Assembly (NCBI GenBank): GCA_019058445.1
Contig: JAHPZA010000006.1
Location: 1,196,943-1,260,942 of the forward strand
Source: Promethearchaeota archaeon
GTDB taxonomy: Archaea > Asgardarchaeota > Lokiarchaeia > Sigyniarchaeales > SOKP01
Direction of reading: 5' to 3'
Length of the DNA: 64,000 nucleotides
Shown: positions 36,474 through 46,489 of the stretch, one piece after another
Numbering within the stretch: the stretch's first letter is position 1
Layout of the letters: every line of letters starts with the position of its first letter
Notes under the pieces: model-generated
What the model was told of the DNA's origin: nothing
Databases searched by the model: none
Seen by the model: only the letters and a program-made list of their open reading frames with translations
Program-made: the position numbers and the translations under genes

Positions 36474-36980
36474 TTATATTTGTATTCTTTGCTTTACTTT
36501 TTTTTCTTTTTTCTCCTTTGAGGCAAAAATAATTTCGTCTAGTTTATAGATCCTATCACAGTATACACACTGAATCTTCAAAGGTTTCTCTTCTAGAACA
36601 AGAAATTCACTAGAAATCGGCTCTTTTTGTGAATTGACGATACATGTGGTATTCTGGCATAAAATTAATTTTTTAATTAATTTTGGAAGTTTTACCTTAA
36701 TCTTTTCAATTACTTTATAGTCATCAATTAAAGAGATGGTAGCATTTGGAGAGAGGATTGAAATCTGTTGCATCTGTATTTCATTCAAAAACACTCCCTC
36801 TATTTTGATAATGTCTTTTTTATTATATTTTTTTGAGGGAACATTTACACCAATTGTCATTAAATTTGGGGACTCATCAAGGTTCGTTAGATTTAGAATA
36901 GTTAATGCATAACCTGCATCGATATGATCAATAACAGTACCTTTATGAATTCTTTCGATTTTTAATTTATCTTCAGACAT
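36474..36980 (-). CDS. pyrI: aspartate carbamoyltransferase regulatory subunit
   Basis: GTVIDHI, NVPSKK..KKDIIKIE, C.N..C, C.YCD. Confidence 0.95.
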   Translation of the reverse strand: MSEDKLKIERIHKGTVIDHIDAGYALTILNLTNLDESPNLMTIGVNVPSKKYNKKDIIKIEGVFLNEIQMQQISILSPNATISLIDDYKVIEKIKVKLPKLIKKLILCQNTTCIVNSQKEPISSEFLVLEEKPLKIQCVYCDRIYKLDEIIFASKEKKEKKVKQRIQI

Positions 36981-37012
36981 ATCCTTATAATTCTTTACTT
37001 CTTTATAAGAGA

Positions 37013-38089
37013 TTATTCAATAAGAATTGTAATAAAAAATAATACTGTTGATAGTATAAAAATATATGTTAAATTATCATCAATTTCTAAATCTAAATAA
37101 TCTAATATACCAATAATGGCAGAGCCGATTAATGGTAACACTAAAAAGCCTAAGGGACTTATTTCATAAAATTCACTTAAAATAATCAGTATTATAATTC
37201 CTGATAAAAATGCGATAATCATTCCAGCAAATAATCCTATATAGGTCTTGTTTGTAGATCTAATATACTTATATTTATCTCCAACAGTTCTTCCTATCAA
37301 ATTTGAAGCGATATCTCCAAATATTGCCATTGTCATTGAGGTGCAAATAACAAAAGGTCCAATAGGCTGGAATAAGCCGTATAAAATTATTATCGAAAAA
37401 CAACCAACAGCCATAGATATTTGGGGCCCCAATCTCATGTGCAATTCTTTTTCACGCAAAATTTGATTAACAGGTTTTAAAGGATAAATCTCAGGTTTTA
37501 AAATTCTTACGAAATCAGCAGTGAGAAGTCCGATTAATGAAATACTTACTAAAAATACTACCAGATATTGGGTAAAAATCATAGGATTTTTTTCTATTGT
37601 ATAAATCGAAAAAAATAGATCTGAGAAAAACTCGGGAAAAAAATTTAAGAGGTATACGAAAAAGTTTTTAACTAAAAATCCTAAAGTAAAATAGAACAGA
37701 ATAATGGCCAACACAACCAAATGGGTCAATTTTCTATAAAAATCATATTTTAATGGTAATATTTTTAGAGGAGAGGGTTCATAATCTTTTCTATTTCTCA
37801 TTTTTCTTTTTTCATGTACAATTAAGAGATAAAAAATGGGCAGAAATACTATAATAAAACCTAACAATAAGATATCAAAGGGAAATACAATAAAACTGAT
37901 TGTAAATGGGAAAAAAAAACTAACTATTAAAAAATTTAGAGTAATTGATAAAATAAAGACTATTGAAATGGTAATATTATTGAAAAATGCTTTAATTTCA
38001 CCTTTTTTTCTTGCTATAAAGGAAATCTTCAACATAATTAAACCATATAAGTATAAGATACTCAGAATCAAAAAAGAGATTAAATTCAC
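37013..38089 (-). CDS. CTP-dependent polyprenol/diacylglycerol kinase family (SEC59/DGK1/VTE5) membrane protein
   Basis: RKLTHL, LREKE, GDIASNLIG, KTYIG, IDDNL. Confidence 0.75.
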   Translation of the reverse strand: MNLISFLILSILYLYGLIMLKISFIARKKGEIKAFFNNITISIVFILSITLNFLIVSFFFPFTISFIVFPFDILLLGFIIVFLPIFYLLIVHEKRKMRNRKDYEPSPLKILPLKYDFYRKLTHLVVLAIILFYFTLGFLVKNFFVYLLNFFPEFFSDLFFSIYTIEKNPMIFTQYLVVFLVSISLIGLLTADFVRILKPEIYPLKPVNQILREKELHMRLGPQISMAVGCFSIIILYGLFQPIGPFVICTSMTMAIFGDIASNLIGRTVGDKYKYIRSTNKTYIGLFAGMIIAFLSGIIILIILSEFYEISPLGFLVLPLIGSAIIGILDYLDLEIDDNLTYIFILSTVLFFITILIE

Positions 38090-38197
38090 TAAGAACCAGA
38101 CTCTTAATAGTATATATATTTAAATTGTATCTTTAATATTAAGATTTTCTTTAAATTTGGAATTAAAAATTGAAAAAAAAATTAAAAAAAGAATTGT

Positions 38198-39598
38198 TTA
38201 AAATTGAGATTCATCTATATTTGGCATTTCGGGAGAGGCTAAAGCTTTCTCGATATCCTCAGCCGGTAGTTCATAGTCTTCTAAATCTCCAGTCATATAT
38301 TCTTTATAAGCTAATAGATCAAAATAACCATGTCCACTGAAATTAAACAATATTACTTTCTTCTCATTGTTTTCTTTAGCTTTTAAAGCTTGATCAATCG
38401 TTTCTTTAACTGCATGAGCGGTCTCAGGGGCAGGAATTATTCCCTCACATTTAGCAAATCTAATTCCTGATGCTATCACTTCAGTTTGATGGTGCATTGT
38501 TGCTGACATTACCTTATTATTGGTTAAAATTGAAACAATGGGAGCAATCCCATGATATCTTAATCCACCTGCATGTATTGGGCTAGGAATGAAAGTGTGA
38601 CCTAAAGTATGCATTTTTGCAATGGGACCTTTCATTGATGTATCCCCAAAATCCCATCGATACTGTCCTTTACAAACACTAGGACATGCTCTTGGTTCTA
38701 CACCAATTATTTCCAAGTCTGGGAGAATTCCATGTAATTTATCTCTAGCAAAAGGAAGCATTAAACCTGCAAAGTTAGAACCGCCTCCCATGCAACCAAT
38801 TACAATATCAGGTTTAACTCCTACTTTATTGAGTTGAATTTTTGCCTCTTGTCCTACAATTGTTTGATGTAATAAAACAAAATTTACGACACTTCCAAGA
38901 GAATATCTTATTTTATCACTTCTCATGCTATGCTCAACAGCTTCTGAGATAGCAATTCCTAAACTACCAGGGTGCTCAGGATCTTTTTCGAAAAACATTT
39001 TTCCAGATTCTGTAAACCTAGAGGGACTTGCGTGAACTTCAGCATCGTAAGCTCGCATCAAAATCTTTCTACCTGGTTTTTGAATAAAACTTGCTCTGAC
39101 CATGTAGACAGTACAATTTAGTCCAAATAAATTACATCCAAAAGAAAGTCCTGAACCCCATTGTCCAGCTCCTGTTTCTGTTACTAATTCTTCAAGTCCA
39201 TCCCTCTTTGCATAATATGCTTGAGCTAAGGCAGTATTAGGTTTATGAGAGCCCGTTGGAGAATAGGATTCATTTTTATAATAGATCTGTATATTATCTC
39301 CTTCAATTCCTAGCTCTTTCTCTAAACCTAATGCACGATGGAGTGGACTTGGTCTATATGTTTTTGCATAAATTTCCCTCAATTCATTAGGAATGGGTAT
39401 TAGAGGCTCTTGAGATACTTCCTGCAAGACGCATTCTTTTGGAAATATTGCAAATGCCAGTTCTGGTGGTGCTGGTTTCCCATCCATTGGATTAACTAAG
39501 GGCGTCATAGGGGATGGTAAATCTGGTAATATATTTATCCATTCCTTTGGTACCTCATTGGGTTGTAATAATATCCTAGAATTAAAATAATCCACCAT
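38198..39598 (-). CDS. trpB2: tryptophan synthase beta chain, TrpB2 type
   Basis: SPTGSHKPNTA (PLP Lys), TETGAGQWG, GSLGIAISEA, GGGSNFAG, HAGGLRYHG, PAPETAH. Confidence 0.95.
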   Translation of the reverse strand: MVDYFNSRILLQPNEVPKEWINILPDLPSPMTPLVNPMDGKPAPPELAFAIFPKECVLQEVSQEPLIPIPNELREIYAKTYRPSPLHRALGLEKELGIEGDNIQIYYKNESYSPTGSHKPNTALAQAYYAKRDGLEELVTETGAGQWGSGLSFGCNLFGLNCTVYMVRASFIQKPGRKILMRAYDAEVHASPSRFTESGKMFFEKDPEHPGSLGIAISEAVEHSMRSDKIRYSLGSVVNFVLLHQTIVGQEAKIQLNKVGVKPDIVIGCMGGGSNFAGLMLPFARDKLHGILPDLEIIGVEPRACPSVCKGQYRWDFGDTSMKGPIAKMHTLGHTFIPSPIHAGGLRYHGIAPIVSILTNNKVMSATMHHQTEVIASGIRFAKCEGIIPAPETAHAVKETIDQALKAKENNEKKVILFNFSGHGYFDLLAYKEYMTGDLEDYELPAEDIEKALASPEMPNIDESQF

Positions 39599-39721
39599 TT
39601 TAATTACCTTATCTTATTTTTTTAGCACATTTTTAATGTGTTTCATCTTAATTTTGGAAATCAAAATCAGTAATGCACTATTAATATTTTTAGTAAAATT
39701 GTATAATCGAGAATTACTTTT

Positions 39722-39786
39722 AAAAGAAGAAAGATTTCATGGTTTAATCCAATGCAAAGGCGTTATCGCCAACGCCAAGGCCACTG
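39722..39786 (-). terminator. putative attenuator: hairpin over the leader stop codon plus U-tract
   Basis: GGCGTT-GGCGAT-AACGCC hairpin (39776-39759), extendable to 39786-39750, followed by TCTTTCTTCTTTT (39734-39722). Confidence 0.5.
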
Positions 39787-39819
39787 CCAACGCCAAGCCC
39801 AATTATTTACAGTTGCCAT
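39763..39819 (-). CDS. Trp-rich leader peptide (uORF) MATVNNWAWRWQWPWRWR
   Basis: ATG 39819 to TAA 39763; six TGG codons in alternating positions; 164 nt upstream of trpB2 on the same strand. Confidence 0.8.
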   Translation of the reverse strand: MATVNNWAWRWQWPWRWR

Positions 39820-39844
39820 TATAGCTAAACCATATCATAGAAAA

Positions 39845-39852
39845 TTATTAAG
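39845..39852 (-). promoter_or_regulatory. TATA-like box for a leaderless leader-peptide/trpB2 transcript
   Basis: CTTAATAA ending 25 nt before the uORF ATG, the archaeal leaderless geometry. Confidence 0.45.
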
Positions 39853-39905
39853 ATGATTTATTTATCAAGGTTTAAAAAGTTAATTAATTTCTATCTCAAA
39901 ACTAA

Positions 39906-40310
39906 TTATCGACCCTCAAAAATCTTATATAAATTTTTCGCCGCGATTCTCATTACTTTCACAGTTTTCATTAAAGTGTCAATCATCGTGCCAGCACATA
40001 CAATAACTAACCTCCCTGCATTTGAAATAACAATATACCCATCCTGTGCTCGCACTATAATTTCACTTAAATCTTCTTGAAACAAACTCTGAATTGTTGA
40101 CCGCCCTGTCATCAATAATGCAGATGCGAGCCCACAAAATTGATCACCATCAACATGATATTGTGGTAAAGCACTAAACGCTATTTGATACCCCTCTTGT
40201 GAAACTAACGCTATCGCTTCAATATCAGCATTAGATGTGATAAACGTAATTTGTGGGCTGATCTTCTCAATATCAGACTGATCTATTCCCAAGTCACTTC
40301 CGAACTGGAT
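39906..40310 (-). CDS. Roadblock/LC7 domain protein; possible ATC start
   Basis: IEAIALVSQEG..I, L.EIIVRAQDGYIVI; AGGTGG-N6-ATC at 40310 in frame with TTG 40292. Confidence 0.85.
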   Translation of the reverse strand: MQFGSDLGIDQSDIEKISPQITFITSNADIEAIALVSQEGYQIAFSALPQYHVDGDQFCGLASALLMTGRSTIQSLFQEDLSEIIVRAQDGYIVISNAGRLVIVCAGTMIDTLMKTVKVMRIAAKNLYKIFEGR

Positions 40311-40601
40311 GTTGTACCACCTTTTGACTAATTTTATCAGAGATATTATTTAAGTGAAAATTAAGTAACATTAGTTGTTATTAATATTATAAAATTTAAT
40401 ATTAAAAATCTTATTTATTTGATTTTGATTAATTCTCGCAAAAAATTTGAATCCCCTAGAAAAAAAGGAGTAAAGGTAATAACCTTAAATTTCTTTTAAA
40501 TCTTACAAAGGTTTAAAATAAAAATCCATTTTTTTTATAGTAGTTAGCAAAAAGATATTTTGAAAATTGTTTAAAATTTATAAGAAAATAAAGTATACTA
40601 A

Positions 40602-42917
40602 TTGAATAGCATAATGATAACTACAAGAGAGTCAATTAATTATCAATTTTCATTAATTTTTGGATATTCCTCTCCAAATGATATAATTGTAGGAGATGTT
40701 ATAGGACCGGGTAAGTTGACAAAAAAGAGAGTAAAAGAGCTCTCTCTGTCAGTTATCCAATTCTTAAGGATGTATAATGCTATGTTAAGAGATTACACAG
40801 GATCTGAAGTTTTTTCCATTGAATTTGAGTTGTATAATATAGATGAGAGTGCTCAGATAAATATTTATCCAAAATCTATGATTCTAATTCCAGGCCAATA
40901 TAAAGACTGCGAAAGTTTACTACTTGCTTTAAAACCTGAAACAGGTTTTTTAAATACTCACAATTCGAGAGAGGATATTGATAAGATCAGTGAATTATTT
41001 TATGAAGTAGAGGAATATAGTAATCGTCCTGACTTGGTGAAAGAAGAAAAGGAACAAATTTTTAATAGGTTTGCATCTAGATTTAGTAAAAAGCTTTTTG
41101 GAGATTTAATTGAAGATAAATGGAATAAAAAATTGGTTGGTTTAAGTGAATCGCTTCCAACAGAAAAAGAAATGTTAAATACCTTCGCTACATTAAAATC
41201 CAAATTCGAAATTCTGTGGTATAAAAGACCGTATGAAATTAAAATATTAAATCCTAAATTCGACAGGTTAAAAACACCATTTGAGAGGCAATCTGCTGTT
41301 GATCATTTAAAATTTTCAATATCAGAACCCAGTGCGAACTTTGTAATCGAAAATACACTAAAACTGGGAACTAATCTTATAAATCTCGCGAACACTGGAA
41401 CAATTGATGAATCCCAAGATGAGATTATTTCTTATTTAATCAATCATATTGAAGAAAAATTAAAAATTATAACTATCCCAAATACTGCAGAATGGGTGAT
41501 TAATGAAGTTTATAAAATTTTAGCAGATTTGGAAAGCTTCTTAAATAAATATATCGATTATTCTATGAATTTCCTTAGCACGGGAGATATGGGAAGCTTA
41601 TCAGATCTTTTAGAAAAGTATAAGCTATTCTTTATCGAAAAAGGCCAATTAGAAAATGAAAATTTCGAAGAAATTTGCAACATTGCAATTAAATCTATTG
41701 AAAATACCTTCATTCAAAAAGAAAATTTGCGTGTAGTAGATTTAAATTCTGTAATTTTTTATTTTTCAGAAGTGATTAAAAACAGCTTAAAGGCGATTAA
41801 GAAAGCTTTACCTAAATATTTTTCTCGAAGAAGATTAAAAACTTTGACGACTGTTTTCATTAATAAAATAAAACAGATTTTTGATAAAGAGCAAAAACCT
41901 GCTAAAAACTTAGGAAATAAGTTTATGGAAAAATTTAATACCTTTCTTTTTAATCAAATTGAAATAAATCCAATAATGTTATCAAAAAGTATTAAATTTA
42001 ATGAGAAAACCCTAATAAAAGCATTTAAAAATCTAATAAATCAAAACCTTGATTATTTTTTTGATACTATTGAATTAAATATTAGTGACTTAGTGTCATT
42101 TGCAGAAGTATTGATGGAGAATGATCCAAATATTATACAAATCCATATTGAAAAATTTAAAAAATTTTCAAACGAACTCCACTATCTCTTAAGCTACCTT
42201 TTGAGATATAGCACAATTAATCGTTATTTGAAGGAGGAACCTGATAACGAGATTTCAGATCCAGTTACATTTGCTAATAGATTTCATCGATTCTTAGAGA
42301 AGAGGATAGGGGGCATTAATTTGGAATGGAAAACCTATATTTTAGATTGGATTAAGGATTATGGCAAGAAATTTTTAAGATTAACTGACGAGAAACAATG
42401 GTCTCTAGAAGAGATTTATAAAGATTTTATCAAATATTTTGAGGATAGAGAGCATAAAGAACAGCAAACAGAAATGTTTCTAAAATTTCTTGATGGTTAT
42501 ATTGCTCAAATATCAAACGTGGAAGAAAAGAGTTATTTAATTGAATTTTTCAAGCAGTATGAATTTTGTAACACAATTAAAATGGAATTTCCAAAATATA
42601 TAAAGCAAATCATTGAAAAAGAAATTATTACACTGAATCCCGAATATGAGCAGCATATACCTCTTAGTTATTTTAAATTAGATGATGATGATACTTTCTA
42701 TAATTATTTAAAAGAGATGGAGTTGAAATATTTCTCAAAACTAATTCCTAGACCATTAACTTTAATCTTAAAACATAATTTAACAAATGAAGAGAGAGAA
42801 CTATTTAAAGCAGATTTATTTCATGTATTGAATTTTAGATTTTGGTCGAATAATTTTAAGAGTGATATTTCCGATAATTTTCAAGAAGTATATAGGGAGT
42901 GGGTGAAAGAATTATGA
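40602..42917 (+). CDS. large helical hypothetical protein
   Basis: 771-aa ORF, no recognised motif. Confidence 0.75.
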   Translation: MNSIMITTRESINYQFSLIFGYSSPNDIIVGDVIGPGKLTKKRVKELSLSVIQFLRMYNAMLRDYTGSEVFSIEFELYNIDESAQINIYPKSMILIPGQYKDCESLLLALKPETGFLNTHNSREDIDKISELFYEVEEYSNRPDLVKEEKEQIFNRFASRFSKKLFGDLIEDKWNKKLVGLSESLPTEKEMLNTFATLKSKFEILWYKRPYEIKILNPKFDRLKTPFERQSAVDHLKFSISEPSANFVIENTLKLGTNLINLANTGTIDESQDEIISYLINHIEEKLKIITIPNTAEWVINEVYKILADLESFLNKYIDYSMNFLSTGDMGSLSDLLEKYKLFFIEKGQLENENFEEICNIAIKSIENTFIQKENLRVVDLNSVIFYFSEVIKNSLKAIKKALPKYFSRRRLKTLTTVFINKIKQIFDKEQKPAKNLGNKFMEKFNTFLFNQIEINPIMLSKSIKFNEKTLIKAFKNLINQNLDYFFDTIELNISDLVSFAEVLMENDPNIIQIHIEKFKKFSNELHYLLSYLLRYSTINRYLKEEPDNEISDPVTFANRFHRFLEKRIGGINLEWKTYILDWIKDYGKKFLRLTDEKQWSLEEIYKDFIKYFEDREHKEQQTEMFLKFLDGYIAQISNVEEKSYLIEFFKQYEFCNTIKMEFPKYIKQIIEKEIITLNPEYEQHIPLSYFKLDDDDTFYNYLKEMELKYFSKLIPRPLTLILKHNLTNEERELFKADLFHVLNFRFWSNNFKSDISDNFQEVYREWVKEL

Positions 42918-45304
42918 TTAGTGGAATAAAACGAAAAACTACTGCTATAGAAAGTACTTTTAGATTCTTTCAAACAGTAGATCTGATAATTAATCATTTT
43001 AAAAGGGAAGCTGATAGAGAAAAGATATTTGAGTTAACTAGTCAAGAAACCACTTTAAAGGAGTTACTAATTGCCACATCTGCTATCCATTTGTATCATA
43101 ATTTAGGGATAAGAGTGAGAGATAGCATGGAAGCCAGTCACATTTCTACGGATTCAACCAAAAATTTAGAGATTTTAGAAAAAAGAATATTATCCGAGGA
43201 GGTATCTTCATTATTAAAAGATTCTTTGACATTAGAAATTGATATGTTAAAAAGATCAATTAATTTAGAAAATAAGATTATATCTTTCTTAATAGATGAT
43301 AGAAAATCATTATTTAATGATTTACAGAAAAACCAGAAAATAACTGAAATTGATCATTTTATAGAGCAAAATTTGTTAGAGATCATCATGAAATATCCCC
43401 CATTTTATTTCTATGACTTAGTTGGGGATTTAATGGGTCTTTCTGATGATTTAAAAATCAATATTTTAGAGGAAAGTTCCGCATTTAAAGATTTGTCTAT
43501 TGAAATTGAAAAAAAATTAGAACGAGAGGAAAAAGAAGATAAATTTATAGAATTATCAACTTTAAATCGATTAATTAATCAAACCCAAACGGATTTTGAA
43601 TTTAAATCGTATAAAGAGTTACAAATGCAAAATATGCCTGTTAGAATGATTAAACGTAAGATTATGGAATATAATCTCAACCGGTTTCCTATTTCTCTTC
43701 CTGGTTTAACTACATTTATCGAAACAAATAATGTAAAACTACAGTTAATTGAAGAAATTAGCAATGCTCTTGATAAGAAGATTAATTATGATCAGTTTGA
43801 AAGAAAAATCTTAGATTTTTTAAAATCAGCACTAATTAAACAGCTGAAGACAAATCCAAATGATTTTATTTATTTTCTACAGGGTTTAAATGAATGCAGT
43901 TTTAATGAAATAATCTATACCTTAAATAAGTATGGTGTTAACAATATCTTACCTTTAATTAATGTGGATGATGATCTCGCACAAAAAGTTAAAAAAGGCA
44001 TGATCAGATATAATATTGACAAATTTGATATCATGTCATTAAATACAGAAAAGAAAAATTTGTTAATATTGGCAAAAAGAGCAGTTTCTAATATGGATTA
44101 TTCATATATTAATGAATTTTTAAAAAACTCCGATGATTTTTCTGAATTTAATTTAAGAGAAGTTTTATTTTTAGAAAACAACCATCTTCAAGAGATTTGG
44201 AAAAACTTAGAAGAGACAAATGGGATTAAACTAAATGAATTGAGAGATTTTATACGAAAAAAGGATATTATTGACAAAGTGTTTTTACAAGAATTACAGC
44301 TAAAAAATTATTCACAATTATTATTACTATTGAACTTTGATGATATAATGAATAATTTAGTGAAGGATATTTTCTATTATCTTTTTACCAAAATTATTAG
44401 ACAGATTAGTAGAATAATTGAATTATTCTTAAAAATTACTAACGATAAAGCACTTATCCTTGTAGCATTTAAAAAAATATCTGGAACCACTGAATCAGAG
44501 GAATGGATTAGAATAAAATTAGAGGAATTAGTTATAAATCGACTTTTAAAAAGACAAAAGGAGTTAGTTATAGTCTTTAATGCGGATAATCAACCTTTCC
44601 TCGTAAATGGTTTCATATTAGCAAGATTTATGGATTTAAGTATAAATGAAGGGATCTCTGAGTTAAAAGAAAACACGAGTCCGATTTATAACGATATTAA
44701 ACCTTTAAAATTGAAAGAGGATATAATATCTCCCGTATCGTATTGTATCGCTTATGATTTGGTTAAAAGATTTGAAAATTTTGAAGAATTACGTAAATTG
44801 AAAGTGGAACAAATTATTGAGGAAAAAGAAAAAATCAAGATTGAACAAAAGAAGAAGATACGTGAAAAACAAGAAGTAAGTACGCTTAATTGGGTCGAGA
44901 GAAGAATAACCTCCTCCTTAATGAGAATAAACAGTCCTGGAATTAATCCAACTCAATTATATTGGCAAGATAAAGACACAAAAACCGCTGCAGACAATAT
45001 CAAACTTCATAGCGAATTAAAGGGAAATACTATTGATTTATTTAGCGAATACTTTCAATTCGCGATGGAAAAAATAAGAGGTTTTTCAGAGATAAATATC
45101 CCTAGTAATGAGAAAATATCTGCAATCGTAGTTAGCATTATTGAAAGCGAATTAGAAAAGAGATTATCTCATATACCTTCTCAAGAGGAAATAAATAATA
45201 TGCTTGAGGGCGAAAGATACCAAATCGCTAAGCAAATAGCGATTAAAATTGGGAAACTATTGGATAAAGCACTCTATAATAAATTCAAATCTAAAAGAAG
45301 ATAG
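42914..45304 (+). CDS. large helical hypothetical protein, translationally coupled to the upstream gene
   Basis: ATGA overlap at 42914-42917 with GGGTGA SD. Confidence 0.75.
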   Translation: MISGIKRKTTAIESTFRFFQTVDLIINHFKREADREKIFELTSQETTLKELLIATSAIHLYHNLGIRVRDSMEASHISTDSTKNLEILEKRILSEEVSSLLKDSLTLEIDMLKRSINLENKIISFLIDDRKSLFNDLQKNQKITEIDHFIEQNLLEIIMKYPPFYFYDLVGDLMGLSDDLKINILEESSAFKDLSIEIEKKLEREEKEDKFIELSTLNRLINQTQTDFEFKSYKELQMQNMPVRMIKRKIMEYNLNRFPISLPGLTTFIETNNVKLQLIEEISNALDKKINYDQFERKILDFLKSALIKQLKTNPNDFIYFLQGLNECSFNEIIYTLNKYGVNNILPLINVDDDLAQKVKKGMIRYNIDKFDIMSLNTEKKNLLILAKRAVSNMDYSYINEFLKNSDDFSEFNLREVLFLENNHLQEIWKNLEETNGIKLNELRDFIRKKDIIDKVFLQELQLKNYSQLLLLLNFDDIMNNLVKDIFYYLFTKIIRQISRIIELFLKITNDKALILVAFKKISGTTESEEWIRIKLEELVINRLLKRQKELVIVFNADNQPFLVNGFILARFMDLSINEGISELKENTSPIYNDIKPLKLKEDIISPVSYCIAYDLVKRFENFEELRKLKVEQIIEEKEKIKIEQKKKIREKQEVSTLNWVERRITSSLMRINSPGINPTQLYWQDKDTKTAADNIKLHSELKGNTIDLFSEYFQFAMEKIRGFSEINIPSNEKISAIVVSIIESELEKRLSHIPSQEEINNMLEGERYQIAKQIAIKIGKLLDKALYNKFKSKRR

Positions 45305-45493
45305 AGTATTTATATATTAGAACTGAAATTTATTTATTTTGAACCAAAATTTTTAGATGATTTTTGATTAAAAAATTTAAAATCTTAAGAAATAATTAGC
45401 AATGCATTCCAAAAATAATAAAAATATTAAAATTATGTTCATTTTTTTTATTAAAGCTTAAAGCTATTCATATTTTATGAGGTTTTTATAATC

Positions 45494-45757
45494 ATGCCAA
45501 GTATTAAAAGTCAAATTGAATATCTAATAGATTCTGCATCACAGATTTTTATGGGTTTTATTTTATTTTTGCTTTCCTTTTCTGGTTTATTATGTGCTTT
45601 ATTACTTAGACATTATGATTATAATGGATCAATCATCGCTGGGGTAGGAGTTCTTGTTGAGATAATTGCAATGATTTTCTGCTATTTGATCTTTAAAGGT
45701 TATTTGAAAAAAGAGGAAGAACCTGAACCATCAAAGAAGAAGGGAAAAAAATTATAA
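45494..45757 (+). CDS. small two-TM membrane protein
   Basis: Two hydrophobic helices, basic tail. Confidence 0.6.
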   Translation: MPSIKSQIEYLIDSASQIFMGFILFLLSFSGLLCALLLRHYDYNGSIIAGVGVLVEIIAMIFCYLIFKGYLKKEEEPEPSKKKGKKL

Positions 45758-45772
45758 TCCTTTTCTTGATTT

Positions 45773-46489
45773 CTAAAAAAAGTCTTCCCATATTCGAGGT
45801 ATCCTTTTGGAGCTTAGAAGGTTTTTAATATCCGTTAATAATATTTCTGGATTATATTCCCAAGCAGAATTTTTATTAAAAGAAATACATTTTAGTTTCT
45901 CAACTTGAATTAGCTTCTTAATTAAAAGCCCGTACGCTGCAACTTGAGGAAGTGAATAAAGAAAATTTCCTTCAGGTTTGTAATCAATAATTTTTATTAT
46001 ATTATCTTCTATTTGAATCAAATCAATATGACCTGTGATATGATTATTTTTATGAGCACTCCATATTGGCACTTCAATGGCAATAGAATCTTTATCTTTA
46101 ATCAAAATATTTTTTAGAATAGTGTCATGCCCAGGGTTCCTATCGATATGATTTATATGAAAAATTTCATATACATTTTTAGCAAATTTAGGTAATTTAG
46201 AATCTTCCGATTTTTTAATTACTCCCTCATTAATTAATTTTTTACTATAACTTCTCAGAAAACCATTTTTAAGTCCTCTCACTTTGAATTGTGAGACCCG
46301 AGTAATAGTTTTTGTATTAAAGATATTATTTGGTATAGATCCCTGATAGATTTTTTTTAAATAAGTCCCTAGTCTTTTAAATTCTTCTCGATTTGAGTTT
46401 AATTGATTCAGCTTCTCCTTATGATTTTTTAAATTCCAATTAAAAGAATATTTTATATTTTGATGAATGAAATCACGTTTTTTAATCAC
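45773..46489 (-). CDS. PD-(D/E)XK nuclease family protein
   Basis: IEVPIW, GHIDLI, IIDYKP, QVAAY motifs. Confidence 0.8.
   Translation of the reverse strand: MIKKRDFIHQNIKYSFNWNLKNHKEKLNQLNSNREEFKRLGTYLKKIYQGSIPNNIFNTKTITRVSQFKVRGLKNGFLRSYSKKLINEGVIKKSEDSKLPKFAKNVYEIFHINHIDRNPGHDTILKNILIKDKDSIAIEVPIWSAHKNNHITGHIDLIQIEDNIIKIIDYKPEGNFLYSLPQVAAYGLLIKKLIQVEKLKCISFNKNSAWEYNPEILLTDIKNLLSSKRIPRIWEDFF

Noticed and set aside
39636-39824. 62-aa plus-strand ORF with ANAKATANAKP repeat
   Set aside because: Antisense shadow of the Trp-rich leader; the repeat is the complement of the TGG CGT TGG codons.
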